DNA of 64,000 bases, taken from the NCBI GenBank assembly GCA_965217585.1, contig OZ244561.1, forward strand, positions 4,352,001 through 4,416,000, read 5' to 3'. Under the pieces are notes generated by a model. The model had not been told where the DNA came from. It searched no databases and was given only the letters and a program-made list of their open reading frames with translations. The DNA comes from Candidatus Latescibacterota bacterium. GTDB lineage: Bacteria; Latescibacterota; UBA2968; UBA8231. Below are positions 1 through 10,549 of the stretch, in pieces (position 1 is the first letter of the stretch; every line of letters begins with the position of its first letter). The translations under genes and the position numbers were made by a program.

Positions 1-176
1 AGCAAGACGGTTTTGCCCACGCCGCGCAATCCCGTCAGCAGGATGCTCTTTTCAGCCCGGCGTTGCTTGATTCGGCCTAGTAGGATGCGAGCCTGATCAA
101 GCACGTCGTCCCTGCCGACAAGTTCGGGAGGGGGCGCTCCAGCACCGGGTGAAAAAGGGTTTTTTATCGGGTCCAT
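1..176 (-). CDS. N-terminal part of an ATP-binding (AAA-type P-loop) protein, truncated by the window edge
   Basis: Manual translation from ATG at 176: MDPIKNPFSPGAGAPPPELVGRDDVL...ILLTGLRGVGKTVLL. It has NPF..G..P..LVGR and Walker A GLRGVGKT. Not in the ORF track. Confidence 0.8.
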   Translation of the reverse strand, partial: MDPIKNPFSPGAGAPPPELVGRDDVLDQARILLGRIKQRRAEKSILLTGLRGVGKTVL

Positions 177-190
177 GAACGCTGTTCTAT

Positions 191-250
191 CTATTTATAC
201 CTATTTCTATCTATCTATACTATATTATACTATATTATACTATATTATAT
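191..250. repeat. AT-rich 10-bp tandem repeat array (TATATTATAC-like units)
   Basis: Units ctatttatac/ctatttctat/ctatctatac/tatattatac/tatattatac/tatattatat; a gtagatttta/gtagatttcc pair follows at 261-280. Confidence 0.8.
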
Positions 251-320
251 CACTAAACAAGTAGATTTTAGTAGATTTCCTGCGAGCAACCGCTATACCG
301 CAAAAAAGAGAAGACGCCTC

Positions 321-944
321 TTAGGCTTCCTCGGCAAACAAGCGCAAATCTCCTTTGCCCTCGCGGAGCACCTCGACTTGATCCCCCACCAATGACACCA
401 CGCTCGAAGCCTCCACGGGCAGCGGCCCGCACTCCAAGATCAAATCCACATGCGACCCCAGTTCTTCCTCTAAGGCCCACGGCTCGGTTAGCACCTCTTG
501 ATCGGCGTAGTTGGCGCTGGTGCTCAGGATGGGTTGGCCGAGGGCGCGGACCAAGGCCAGCGGCACTGGGTGATCGGGAATCCGCAAGCCGACGGTTTTC
601 TGTTTGGTTTGCAGGATGCGCGGCGTCTGGCGGGTGGCCGGCAATACGAAGGTGTACGCCCCCGGCAGGCACTGCTTGAGGATGCGGTGGGCGTAGTTGG
701 AGACGCGGGCGTAGTCGCTGATGTGGGTCAGGTCGGCGCAGACAAAGGACATGGGCTTCTTGCGGTCGCGGCCCTTGATGCGCTGCACGCGCTCAATCGC
801 CTGCTTGTTGGTGATGTCGCAGCCGAGGCCGTAGATCGTATCGGTGGGATAGACGATGACGCCCCCTTGTTGGAGTACCTCGGCTGCGCGCTGGATGTGG
901 CGGCCTTTGAGGCGGTCGGGATGAACGGTCAGTACTTGGACCAT
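321..944 (-). CDS. Sua5/YciO/YrdC family protein (threonylcarbamoyl-AMP synthase family, YciO-like)
   Basis: GGVIVYPTDTIYGLGC, KGR..KP, PGAYT, VGLRIP and STSAN motifs; start taken at MVQVL (944). Confidence 0.9.
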   Translation of the reverse strand: MVQVLTVHPDRLKGRHIQRAAEVLQQGGVIVYPTDTIYGLGCDITNKQAIERVQRIKGRDRKKPMSFVCADLTHISDYARVSNYAHRILKQCLPGAYTFVLPATRQTPRILQTKQKTVGLRIPDHPVPLALVRALGQPILSTSANYADQEVLTEPWALEEELGSHVDLILECGPLPVEASSVVSLVGDQVEVLREGKGDLRLFAEEA

Positions 945-945
945 T

Positions 946-1680
946 CTAGCGCTCCTGGTCGATTTTGGCGACCCACGCATCGACGACGGCCGCGATCATG
1001 GCCTGGCCGTGCTCCGCGTTGGCCGTGTAGCTGTTTTTGGTTTCGTCTTGTTGGCAGTACCAAGGTGGGTCGTCGCCGAGGCGGTCTTGCTCCACGAGTT
1101 CGGGACGCGCGGCGAGCAGGAAAGAAGTCTCGTTGTACCCGGCGTGATCGCCCCCGGCTGGGGGACTCGATTCCGGGAGGATCATGGGCTGCACTTCAAT
1201 GTGCCCGCCCCAAGAGCTAGCCCGGTCGAGCGCGTCGCGGTCGCCCCACCAGCCGCGTGGGTGCCCCTCGGCGAGCACCTGCTCAAACGCCAGCTCGGCC
1301 GCGGCCTTGCTGAAGGCTAAGGCGAGGGGGCCGCCCATGCCTTGGTGCATGATGGTGACGTAGGTCTTGCGGAAGCCCATCTCGATAAAGTTGCGCAGGA
1401 TGCTCTTGACCAAGCGGCCAAAGGCATCGTAGTCCGGGTCGATGGTCCCGTCGGCTGGACCGCCGAGGGCATAGCCGGTGGGGCCGTAGTCAAACGACGG
1501 GGCAATGACGCAAGGGGTGCGCGCGGCCACGCGGTCGCAAATTTCCTCGACGATGAGGGTGTCGTGGCCGATGGCCATGTGCGGGCCGTGGGTCTCGATG
1601 CAGCCGGCTGGCACTAGCAGGGGATGCCCTTGGGCCACCGCATCTGTAAGTTGGTAGGGACGCAGGTGCTTGAGGTGCAT
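946..1680 (-). CDS. Creatininase/amidohydrolase family protein
   Basis: PAGCIETHGPHMAIGHD and DHAGYNETS motifs; AAGGAG SD before ATG 1680. Confidence 0.85.
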   Translation of the reverse strand: MHLKHLRPYQLTDAVAQGHPLLVPAGCIETHGPHMAIGHDTLIVEEICDRVAARTPCVIAPSFDYGPTGYALGGPADGTIDPDYDAFGRLVKSILRNFIEMGFRKTYVTIMHQGMGGPLALAFSKAAAELAFEQVLAEGHPRGWWGDRDALDRASSWGGHIEVQPMILPESSPPAGGDHAGYNETSFLLAARPELVEQDRLGDDPPWYCQQDETKNSYTANAEHGQAMIAAVVDAWVAKIDQER

Positions 1681-1759
1681 GGAGAAGCTCCTTGTTGTGT
1701 CTGCGGAATTGGACATAATATAGGCCAGGAAGAGCACGTCAACTTAGGACATTGAGCAG

Positions 1760-3661
1760 ATGGCGCACACTGTTATTGGCACGGCTGGGCACATCGACCA
1801 CGGCAAAACCCTGTTGGTCAAGGCCCTGACCGGCATGGATACCGATCTGGCCCCGGAAGAGCGGGCGCGGGGGATTACCATTGAACTCGGCTTTGCCTTT
1901 TTGGGGGATCAGGCCACGATCATCGACGTGCCTGGGCACGAGCGCTTCGTCAAGACCATGGTGGCGGGCGTCAGCGCCATTGACGTGGCCATGCTGGTCA
2001 TTGCCGCGGACGACGGGGTGATGCCACAGTCGCGGGAGCATCTCGATGTGCTGCGGCTTTTGGGGGTCGAGCGCGGGGTGGTGGTGATCAACAAGGCCGA
2101 CTTGGTGGAAGAGGAGTGGTTGGACTTGGTGGAGGAGGAGGTGCGGGAGTTTGTGGAGGGGACTTTTTTGGCCCAGGCCGAGGTCTTTCGCGTCTCCGCG
2201 CTCAGCGGCGCGGGCATTGATCCGCTGCGGCGGCGACTGTTGGCCATGGTCGAGGACACCGCTGCCAAGCGCACCGATGCGCCGTTTCGCCTACCTGTAG
2301 ATCGAGCCTTTGGGGTCAAGGGATTTGGTCCCGTCTGTACGGGCACGGTGCAGGCCGGGATCTTGGCCGAGGGCGACCGCGTCGAGATCGCGCTCGAGGA
2401 TCGGTTGGCGCGCGTGCGCCGCCTGCAACAGCACGGCGCGACGGTACAAGAGGTGCGGGCCGGCGACCGCGCCGCAATCAATTTGGCCGGCGTGGAGCAG
2501 GACCAAATCGCACGCGGCCACTCGCTGGTCGCGCCCGGATTTTTCCGCCCCACGCAGATGCTAGATGTCCAGGTGCAGCTCCTCGCCTCCAGCCCCATGA
2601 CCATGGCGTCGCGCACCCGCGTGCGCCTGCACTTGGGCACGCGGGAGATTATGGCGCGAGTCGTCCTCCCCGGTGCCAAGCCCTTGCTGCCCGGGCAGGA
2701 GGGTTTCGCGCAGCTTCGCTTGGAGGCTCCCGTAGTTGCGGCGTGGGGCGACCGCTTTGTGCTGCGCCGGTACTCGCCGGCGCTGACCATTGGCGGCGGT
2801 CGCGTGCTCAACCCGCACCCGGCCAAGCACCGGCGCTTCGAGCCAGCGTTGCTCGCGCATTTGCAGGCGTTGGCCAGTGCCGACCTGCCCGAAGTCTTCG
2901 AGTGCTGGCTCCGCTACGCGGACGACCGGCTCAAGAGCCAGCAGGAGCTGGCCGGCGAGATGGGCATCGGCGTGGAGCGGTTGGCGCACCTGACGGACGC
3001 GCTCGTAGCCGCTGGCCGCGCCGAGCGCGTGGTGTCGGAGGGGCAAACGCACGTTCTGCATCTGGATGTGTGCGAGCAATGGGGTGCGGAGATCGATGCC
3101 GCGCTCGCGCGCTTTCACCGCGCTCAGCCGCTCAAGTTGGGATTGCCGCGCGAGGAGCTGCGCAATTTGAGTGCGCGCTACATCCAGCCCGAATTGTTCG
3201 ACTGCGTGTTGCGCTACTTGGAGGAAGCAGGGCGGATCGCGCTGGACGGGGCCGTGGTGCGGGCTGCGTCGCACCGCATTTGCTTCACCCCGGAGCAAGA
3301 GGTGCTGAAGGAAGCTGTGGAGGCGCGGCTCAACACGGCGAATTTTGCCAACTTGCCTACGATGGCCGAGCTAGCCCAATCCTTCGACGCCCCGCGGCCG
3401 CAGGTAACGGACATGGTCCAAGCGCTGCAAGCACTGGGGGTGGTGGCCGCGTTGGAGGGGGGCTTGCTGATCCATTGCGAGGCCCTCGCCCGCGCGCGGA
3501 CGCTGCTGAGCGATTTTCTCGCGCGCGACGGCGAGATTGCGGTAGCCGAATTCCGCACGCTGATTGGCAGCAATCGCAAATGCGCCATGGCGCTTTTGGG
3601 CCACTTCGACGCTGAGGGACTGACGGCGCGGCAGGGGGATGTGCGGGTTTTGGTGGGCTGA
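1760..3661 (+). CDS. selB: Selenocysteine-specific translation elongation factor SelB
   Basis: [37 protein letters not shown] and NKAD motifs; C-terminal winged-helix region ending in RK.A..LL..FD..G.T.R.GD.R. Confidence 0.95.
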   Translation: MAHTVIGTAGHIDHGKTLLVKALTGMDTDLAPEERARGITIELGFAFLGDQATIIDVPGHERFVKTMVAGVSAIDVAMLVIAADDGVMPQSREHLDVLRLLGVERGVVVINKADLVEEEWLDLVEEEVREFVEGTFLAQAEVFRVSALSGAGIDPLRRRLLAMVEDTAAKRTDAPFRLPVDRAFGVKGFGPVCTGTVQAGILAEGDRVEIALEDRLARVRRLQQHGATVQEVRAGDRAAINLAGVEQDQIARGHSLVAPGFFRPTQMLDVQVQLLASSPMTMASRTRVRLHLGTREIMARVVLPGAKPLLPGQEGFAQLRLEAPVVAAWGDRFVLRRYSPALTIGGGRVLNPHPAKHRRFEPALLAHLQALASADLPEVFECWLRYADDRLKSQQELAGEMGIGVERLAHLTDALVAAGRAERVVSEGQTHVLHLDVCEQWGAEIDAALARFHRAQPLKLGLPREELRNLSARYIQPELFDCVLRYLEEAGRIALDGAVVRAASHRICFTPEQEVLKEAVEARLNTANFANLPTMAELAQSFDAPRPQVTDMVQALQALGVVAALEGGLLIHCEALARARTLLSDFLARDGEIAVAEFRTLIGSNRKCAMALLGHFDAEGLTARQGDVRVLVG

Positions 3662-3771
3662 TTCTAGGGGTGCGGCGTGCGTTGCGGTGGAATCGTTACC
3701 GACAATTGCAGCTCAAGTCACGTTGGAGCTTGCAATGCCACTGGGAACTAATTTGGAGGTAAAAAAAGAAG

Positions 3772-4236
3772 GTGACAGACGCGCTAGGTTATCGGGTGAG
3801 GCCGGCAAGAACTGACGATGTACATTCGGTGATGGGTTTAGCGCAACTTTGGGCCGAGGAAGGTTGTACAACCGGCTATGTCGCGTTAATGGAAGACGAC
3901 AAGCATCTGCAGTATTGGCTTGACGGCGGCTATTTTTTTGTCGGTGAGCATGAAGATGTGGTCATAGCGTACGCTGCGGGAGTCGTGAAAGTCGGGAAAA
4001 ATGCAATATTCAAATCCGAGGGCGAGCGATTTTTAGATGTTCACGAGGCCTTTGTTCATATTGACCACCGTGAAAATGGCGTTGGAGCTCGACTCGTCGA
4101 GGCGTTGCTATCGAGAGCAGAATCGGCAGGAATCAGCCGCTCCATGGTTGGTTCAAACAACATAGACTGGTTGCGCACGTATCGGTTTTATGAGCGACAT
4201 GGCTATAGGATGTTCTCGATTCAGATGTACAAGTAA
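3772..4236 (+). CDS. GNAT family N-acetyltransferase
   Basis: FVHIDHRENGVGARLV (motif A) and FYERHGY; GGAGG SD upstream. Confidence 0.85.
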   Translation: MTDALGYRVRPARTDDVHSVMGLAQLWAEEGCTTGYVALMEDDKHLQYWLDGGYFFVGEHEDVVIAYAAGVVKVGKNAIFKSEGERFLDVHEAFVHIDHRENGVGARLVEALLSRAESAGISRSMVGSNNIDWLRTYRFYERHGYRMFSIQMYK

Positions 4237-4416
4237 TTGGATTGGGATATTTCGCTTTGACGACGTTTTAGGCGTCTAAAAAGTACACCGAGCGGATGGA
4301 GTAGATAGGGGGCTATTGGCTTGGGATGCGCTTTCATGAATGGGAAGCTGTACTTGCTCCGTGGTTGGCCCCGCTGGCACGAATAGATTGCGGCTCAGAG
4401 CGAGCGCTATGAGCTA

Positions 4417-4871
4417 TTAGCTCGCTTTTGGCGGGCTTGCATAGGAGGGCGTTATATCGGGGAAAAAGGCGGCCACAATCTTCCATTCGCCCTTGATACG
4501 GCCCGTGAACCACACGTTTTGGCAATCGTCCCATCGGGCGTATACCTGACCGGTATCCGACCGCCAGCATCCCGATTCCCGCACTACGGATATGGCCATA
4601 TTTCCGCGCAAGTCCGTCTGTAATATTTGCTGTTCCTGCTCGTAGTTAGCGCCCTCGGGCATGCGCGTCTCCCCCCATTCCTGCATCTCGCTCTGCACCA
4701 AGAATAGGTGCGGCACCCAGTCCGTAGGGTCGGTCGATCCACACCCGAACAGCGGAAATAGGTCTCGTCGTGGCACGCGCGGACCGCATCCCAATTCTTT
4801 TCCCTGTGGGCCTGCTGGTAGCGATTCAGTAGGCGGTGGATCGCTTCGATATCGGCTCTGTCTCTATCCAT
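4417..4871 (-). pseudogene. Frameshifted SnoaL/NTF2-like protein
   Basis: The N-terminus (DIEAIHRLLNRYQQAH...WDAV) is in the frame of 4584..4871. The C-terminus (...RIKGEWKIVA) is in the frame of 4417..4794. The shift lies near 4745-4760. Confidence 0.55.
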
Positions 4872-4880
4872 GTCCAGTCA

Positions 4881-6162
4881 CTACAGCCTCCTTAGACAGC
4901 GTCTATGGTAAACGTATAGCCCACGCCGACCGGCACTTCGCGTTCGTCGACCTCGCGCACTATGGACTTGACCTCTTTCGATTCGGCTATCGACGGGTTC
5001 GGCTGGCTGTCCCGCGCCAGTGCCTTCGAGCGCGCCACTAGCGCTTCTCGCCGCGCCGAAATAAGCGTCGGTGAAGTCGAAGCGATCTTGCAGTCCCGCG
5101 CCGATGTCCAGTTTCCACTTTCTGCTGTCGCCCGTATCAAACCCCATTTCGAATGTCTGTCCCCCGTACCAGGTTCCCTGCCAAGGCCAGCTCCAGACGC
5201 TGTGTTTGATCGAGACGAAGGAATCGTCCCAGGTGTAGAGCCACACATCAGCAGTCGTCCATTCCCAGCTCCAGCCATCTTCGACTGAGCGCCGCTCCAG
5301 CGACACGGCTTGTCCGAGATTCAGCTTGCCGAGGTGCTCCATCCGCGGCCGCCAGTCGGCCGAAAACTCCACGGACTGCGACGCGACGCCGAGGTCGTGC
5401 TCGATAAATCCGAGCCTGTCAGCGCTGAAAGTGGATTCTATCGACCTGTAATTAACGCCCCCTGCGAAATTCCCGTGCCGATAGCTCATATCGGCAGCGG
5501 ATATATATCCGCTGCTGCCTTGTTCGGCGCTTCTGGCGGTATAGGCGTTGATGGTGTAGTGGTCGTCCCATTCTACCCGGGCATCCAACCCTGCGATCTG
5601 CTGCAGCGCCATCCCGCGATCCCAAACGCCTTCCACTAGCGCGCCCACAGTCGAATTGTGGAATACTTCCCTCTGTAGCTTCAGGACGCCGAATTTCGGC
5701 TTTGCACCGGCTTCGCTCCGGTCTTGAGCCGTCAGGATGCCGAGCGTGTATTCCCCGGCTTTGCCGGTAAATTTAGCGCCGAAATCCGGATCGGCGATCC
5801 GCCGGCTGTAGAACAATCCGTGTTTGCCGAGAAAGTCCGCGTTTTCGACGAAGAACGGACGCCTTTCTTTTAGGAAGAGAGGAAAGCGAGACAGGTTTAC
5901 CTCCTCCTCCTCGGCTTCGATTTGCGCGAAGTCTGGATTCACAGTTATGTCCAAAGTCGCATTTGCGGCGACACCGTATTTCACGTCCAACCCCGCGCTG
6001 GCCGTCTCTCCTCGCCAATCGGTGCGCGTCCTATCGACGCCGGATGCGGCATAGGGAAGTAGTTCGAGACGCAGCCCGGGGTCTATCCCCCGCAATCCCG
6101 GCGAACGCACCTAGTGGAATCGCCAACAGACAACCGGCGGCAATGATCCATTTCGCGCTCAC
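4881..6162 (-). pseudogene. DUF5916-type outer-membrane protein with internal deletion and frameshifts
   Basis: AGLDVKYG..LDITVNPDFAQIEA..NLSRFPLFLKERRPFFVEN..LFYSRRI signature. A signal-peptide start (GTG 6162, [30 protein letters not shown]) is out of frame with the core, and the C-terminus switches frame near 5020. Confidence 0.7.
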
Positions 6163-7409
6163 GCCGATGCTCCTCTGACCCGCTGAGTAGCCAGCACCCT
6201 GAACGGCACGATACTGATGCAGGTTATGACGACGCCCAACAGAAAAAGTTGCGTATAGCCCATGCTGAGGGCGAGGCGACCCCCACCGAAGGAGGTGATC
6301 GCGAAGCCCATCAAGGCGGCGGATGTGGTTACCGCCGACATCGTCGATCTCCAGCGCGAGATGATCAACTCTTGGTGGAAGACGGTAAACGCGGGCATGC
6401 GGACCGCGGTCAACACGATGACGCTGACATACCCTAGGCCGGCAGCCTCCCAGCGGGGAATAAGGGCCATCGGCAGCAGGGCCAAGGCGATGCCGAGCGT
6501 GGTGTAGGTGAAGACTTGTACGTGGTCTGTTTTGGCCAGCACGTACGGCATGACTAGGGCTGCGGGGACGGAAAGCAATTGCGCTAGCCCGATCATCCAG
6601 CCTATAGAGGGCGGCGAGATCCCGAGTTCCGCGTTCAGGTACACGTTGAAAAAGGTGCGGGCCACAGCGACCCCCGGAGCGGCGAGCAGGCTAATCAGGC
6701 CGATCATCAGTAACGGCGCATCCGGCCGCGTCCCGTTTTTGCCCTCAGTGACCGCATCCGGCTGTTCTAGGCCGCCGTCTCCTGTGGTCGAGCCGAACAG
6801 AACGAGCGACGGTGCCAAGACGAGCGAGGCTACGAGCAGACTGCACTGGTAGGGGACGAGTCCGTCATAACCGGTCAGCCGGGCGAAAACCTGCGGCAGC
6901 GCCCCCCCTAGTGCGCTGCCGGCAAAGCCGAAAAGCGGCCAGACCGCCCCGCGCAGGGCGAATACGAGCGAGCGGTTGTCGGCTGCCGTGGCCGACATCA
7001 GAAAGGGGCTACTGTTGACCATATATGTGGCGAAGCCACAGTTGATGATCACTTGTACCGCGGTGATCCACCCCGTGCGCAGCGGGCCAAAAAAGAACCC
7101 AGCCAGAGACATGAGTAGATACCCCATGACCATGGGTGACACGCCCCCCACCAGAGTACGTCGGTAGCCGGCCCTGCGGGCCCAGTTGTCGGCTATCGGG
7201 CTGAAAAGGGCGAAGCTCAACAAGCCTGCGGCGTTGAAATGACCGACCAAGTCGACGCCATAGTCCATCCTCAGCAGATAGAGATTGAACAGGACGCTGT
7301 AGATGCCGAACGCCGAAAACCCGATCAGGGCGGCGCAGGCCATATATAGCTTGACATCCCTCTCAAAGCGCGCGAGGAAGTGCCCCATATAGATCGTCGT
7401 GCGATACAT
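6159..7409 (-). CDS. MFS transporter
   Basis: About 12 hydrophobic segments; FNLYLL..GY-like N-terminus; 416 aa. Confidence 0.85.
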   Translation of the reverse strand: MYRTTIYMGHFLARFERDVKLYMACAALIGFSAFGIYSVLFNLYLLRMDYGVDLVGHFNAAGLLSFALFSPIADNWARRAGYRRTLVGGVSPMVMGYLLMSLAGFFFGPLRTGWITAVQVIINCGFATYMVNSSPFLMSATAADNRSLVFALRGAVWPLFGFAGSALGGALPQVFARLTGYDGLVPYQCSLLVASLVLAPSLVLFGSTTGDGGLEQPDAVTEGKNGTRPDAPLLMIGLISLLAAPGVAVARTFFNVYLNAELGISPPSIGWMIGLAQLLSVPAALVMPYVLAKTDHVQVFTYTTLGIALALLPMALIPRWEAAGLGYVSVIVLTAVRMPAFTVFHQELIISRWRSTMSAVTTSAALMGFAITSFGGGRLALSMGYTQLFLLGVVITCISIVPFRVLATQRVRGASA

Positions 7410-7524
7410 ATACCTCGTCTCCCTTCATACAGGAGACGAGCGAGTGGTGCATGTGTTTGTACAAAAAATCAAAAATTTTGCGCTATGGCAGCATCGGCGA
7501 TTTCGACCCGTCTCGAATGCGGCC

Positions 7525-7700
7525 ATGGTGGAAACTACGGCCGTGTATTTCGAGGATGTAGGGCAGACCTTGGGTCTGGATCAGGTAGGCGTCGATTACA
7601 GCGGCTGGGGTATGGGCTGTGCGGTGGGCGACTACGACAACGATGGCGACGTGGACCTCTACGCTACGTACTGGGGCCCCAACAGACTCTACCGCTTTCC
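7525..7700 (+). pseudogene. Isolated FG-GAP/VCBS repeat fragment of a CRTAC1/ASPIC-UnbV-type protein
   Basis: FEDV...GL...[31 protein letters not shown]; only one repeat is present, and the ORF then runs into the antisense strand of exbD. Confidence 0.7.
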
Positions 7701-7791
7701 ACAATGCATCGGCCGTAGCACGTGCATTCAGATGGTGGGCTTCTGTGGGTGTTTGAAGAGGGGTTGTTTGCCGTGGCGGTCCGATTTCAAA

Positions 7792-8208
7792 CTATTCTTT
7801 TCGCAGGTCTTCCGTAGCCAGCGGTATTTTTTCGATCCCCACGCGCTTGGCCACCTCGAAGAGATCCAATAGGTACTTATGCGGAGTCTCCTGATCGGTC
7901 CGCACTACCAGCGTCAGACTCCGGGTGCCTTCTTTTTCCCGCAAAAGGACCTGCTCCAGATTGTCCAAGGTCACGAGCTGGCGGTTGATCTCCATGCGGC
8001 CGTCCTGGGTGATCGATGCCACTAGTTTCTTCTCTTCGACAATCACCCCCTGTTGTGCTTCGGGTAATACGACCTGGAGGCTGTAGGGTTGCTTAAACAC
8101 CGTGGTTACCATAAAGAAGATCAGCAGCAAAAAAACGCAGTCGATCAGCGGCGTCATATTCAATTCTTGTTCTTCGTACAGGGATTTGCGCCTGGACATC
8201 GGACTCAT
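7792..8208 (-). CDS. exbD: Biopolymer transporter ExbD/TolR
   Basis: [21 protein letters not shown] motif. Confidence 0.9.
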   Translation of the reverse strand: MSPMSRRKSLYEEQELNMTPLIDCVFLLLIFFMVTTVFKQPYSLQVVLPEAQQGVIVEEKKLVASITQDGRMEINRQLVTLDNLEQVLLREKEGTRSLTLVVRTDQETPHKYLLDLFEVAKRVGIEKIPLATEDLRKE

Positions 8209-8621
8209 TCCTCCTGTTCCCGCACAAAAGCGATGCCCTCAACTCCAACCTCTTTGGCTTTATCCACCACAAACACTACGTGTTTCTGGACGCACTCGCC
8301 GTCGGCCTGAATAATGATATTCTCGTTGTTGGCCTCTTCCATGGCCGTGACCAGCCGAGCCGCCAAGGCCGTCGGTGCCACGTCCTCACCCTTGATTTGG
8401 ATCTTGCCGTTGCGGTCCAGCAGGACGTTGATGTCTTTCTTCTTTTCTTCCGTGGCTTCGCTTTCGGCCGGCATGTCCACTTCCAGCCCTTTGGTGTGTA
8501 GAAACACCGTGGTTACCATAAAGAAGATCAGCAGCAAGAAAACGCAGTCAATCAGCGGCGTCATATCCGGGCCGCCTTCGGCAAGAAAGCTCTCTGGCCG
8601 ATCTTTTTGGTGTCTGGCCAT
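8205..8621 (-). CDS. exbD: Biopolymer transporter ExbD/TolR
   Basis: [19 protein letters not shown] and IIIQAD motifs. Confidence 0.9.
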   Translation of the reverse strand: MARHQKDRPESFLAEGGPDMTPLIDCVFLLLIFFMVTTVFLHTKGLEVDMPAESEATEEKKKDINVLLDRNGKIQIKGEDVAPTALAARLVTAMEEANNENIIIQADGECVQKHVVFVVDKAKEVGVEGIAFVREQEE

Positions 8622-8645
8622 GGGGTTGACTCCTCCCTGCGGGAG

Positions 8646-9392
8646 CTACTCTGTCGTTTCGTATTGTTGGCGCTGTCCCGCAGTGATCAGAGCATTGGCA
8701 AAGGCATGCCCGTACATCTCGGCACTTTCCAGTAAATTGTCCGCTTTGCGCGCTAGATAGCGGTACAATACAATCGTTGGGATGGCGACGATCAGCCCCG
8801 ATGCCGTAGTGACCAAAGCTTGGGAAATACCGCCAGCAACGACTTTCGGGTCCCCTGCACCAGCCGTGGCGATGGACTCGAAGGCGATGATCATCCCCAT
8901 AATGGTGCCGAGCAATCCTAACAAAGGGCTTATATTGCCGATGGTATTCAGGATCGCTAGATTTTTGCCCAGATAGGCCCGGGCGGCTCCCTCGGTCTGA
9001 ATGACCAACTCTTCTTTGAGATCAGCGAGTTCCCGTTGAATCACCATAAACCTGCCCACTTGGCCACCGCCGCCGGCATCAGCTAGGCGGATGATCTCCT
9101 CGTTCGTCTCTTCGAATTCTCGCTGTTCGATCATCAGCGTATCGTATCGTTTCAACAGCGAAGCAAATACATAATTGAGCAGGCCCTTGCCGCGGTTGCA
9201 CTCTTCCACGACCGCCTTTTCCCCGCCGTTGCGCAGCGCGTTTTCGAGCCTGTCTAGCTCATTTTGGGCTTCTTCAGGCGTGGGTAATTGCTTGAAGATC
9301 CACAGGCGTTCAATAGAGTAGGCAATGGCCAGAATAGCACAGCCGATTAGGGGGACCATCATCGGACCGCCACTTTGAATTATATCCCACAT
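8646..9392 (-). CDS. exbB: MotA/TolQ/ExbB proton channel protein
   Basis: GGPMMVPL, SPLLGLLGT.MGMI.AF and GISQALVTTA.GL.VAIP motifs. Confidence 0.92.
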   Translation of the reverse strand: MWDIIQSGGPMMVPLIGCAILAIAYSIERLWIFKQLPTPEEAQNELDRLENALRNGGEKAVVEECNRGKGLLNYVFASLLKRYDTLMIEQREFEETNEEIIRLADAGGGGQVGRFMVIQRELADLKEELVIQTEGAARAYLGKNLAILNTIGNISPLLGLLGTIMGMIIAFESIATAGAGDPKVVAGGISQALVTTASGLIVAIPTIVLYRYLARKADNLLESAEMYGHAFANALITAGQRQQYETTE

Positions 9393-9424
9393 TGCTACTG
9401 CTCCTTTTTGGCAAGAGAAGGGTT

Positions 9425-10363
9425 CTAGTCGTCTTCTTTGGCGTTTCTAGATAAACGCTGCCCTATGCGTAAACCGGCATCGATGACACCGAATTTCTCA
9501 ACGACCTCGGCCTTGCACAGGTGCGGCCCGATAATTTGATGCACCCTGACCAGAGCGATTCGGGCCTCTTTATTATACAGCGGCAGGACATCGCCGTACT
9601 CGACGCGATCCAAGATGCCGATGCCTAGATACACCTCGCCGGCCTCCACAGCTAGGACTTGGGCCTGCTCGCCGGAAAGGTCGATGGGTGGGCGCTCCAT
9701 CAGACTCTTAATCATTTGGCTGCTGAGGTCTCGGAAGGCGATATCGACGAGTTTGCCAAAGGCCAATTCAAAAAAACGCTCGGAACCGAAGTCAACCTTA
9801 AAGAGTTCGCGGAACACCCGATCCTGTTTGCGCGGCCGGCCGAACAGATCTAGGCCGTACGACTTTTCCGTGGAGTCTCTGAGCGTTTCAAAGGTCTCGA
9901 CTATTTCTCCCGTCGCTACTCTGATTAGCTGCACTTGGCTGAGGTGGATCACTGAATTGTAGGATTTATAGCCGGCCAGATTGGGGTTTCCCATTGTCAC
10001 GCGACGCATGCCCAGTTTCTCTACGATACCGGTAATGACCACGTCGGCATCCAAGAACAGGCCCAGCCGTACGGCCCGGTCAATACCTTGGTATTTTTTA
10101 AACTGTTTGTTTAGTTGAACGACCTCGACTTCTTTTGTCGGAATGACAAAGATCGCATCGTCTGCATCCAGATATCGACCTAGCAAATCGGGCACATCTC
10201 TAGACAAGTGCCATCCCGCCTGAAAACCGGCTTGGTCCTCAAAATCGAGCAGGGCAAGGCGCAGGGTCGGCAGCGGCCCCTCGGCCGCGACCGCCATGTC
10301 GAGCGCCAGAAGGTCGGCACCAGCCCAGGTACAAAGGAATGAAATGGTTAGAAGCGGTTTCAT
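9425..10363 (-). CDS. Exported CsgG/FlgT-like protein
   Basis: N-terminal hydrophobic segment; LALLDFED..., AVRLGLFLDADVVITG, LIRVATGEIV (CsgG/TolB-N-like); C-terminal VYLGIG..D.V..GD (FlgT-C-like). Confidence 0.6.
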   Translation of the reverse strand: MKPLLTISFLCTWAGADLLALDMAVAAEGPLPTLRLALLDFEDQAGFQAGWHLSRDVPDLLGRYLDADDAIFVIPTKEVEVVQLNKQFKKYQGIDRAVRLGLFLDADVVITGIVEKLGMRRVTMGNPNLAGYKSYNSVIHLSQVQLIRVATGEIVETFETLRDSTEKSYGLDLFGRPRKQDRVFRELFKVDFGSERFFELAFGKLVDIAFRDLSSQMIKSLMERPPIDLSGEQAQVLAVEAGEVYLGIGILDRVEYGDVLPLYNKEARIALVRVHQIIGPHLCKAEVVEKFGVIDAGLRIGQRLSRNAKEDD

Positions 10364-10549
10364 AACGGTCTTCGTATGATCACCAGACAGGCCCCCCACT
10401 ACACAGCACCCACAAAATACCTTCAAACACGGGCGATTGGCAATAGGAGGGCACCTGAGTGGGCGGTTCCAAGACCCGCTCGGGCCACTCGGAGGCCGCC
10501 GACCAAGTAGCTAGTAGTAAAAAAATAAAACCTGTTTGCAGCGCGGACT

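Noticed and set aside
191-250. CRISPR array
   Set aside because: Contiguous 10-bp units without spacers, and no cas genes; no CRISPR, rRNA or tRNA was recognised anywhere in the window.
1760-3661. Selenocysteine locus (selA/selC/selD or UGA-recoded genes) near selB
   Set aside because: I saw no tRNA-Sec or selA/selD, and the broken genes nearby are frameshifts or deletions rather than in-frame UGA.
3705-3736. Imperfect IR before the GNAT gene as an integron attC site
   Set aside because: It lacks correctly placed RYYYAAC/GTTRRRY core sites, and there is no integrase or second cassette.
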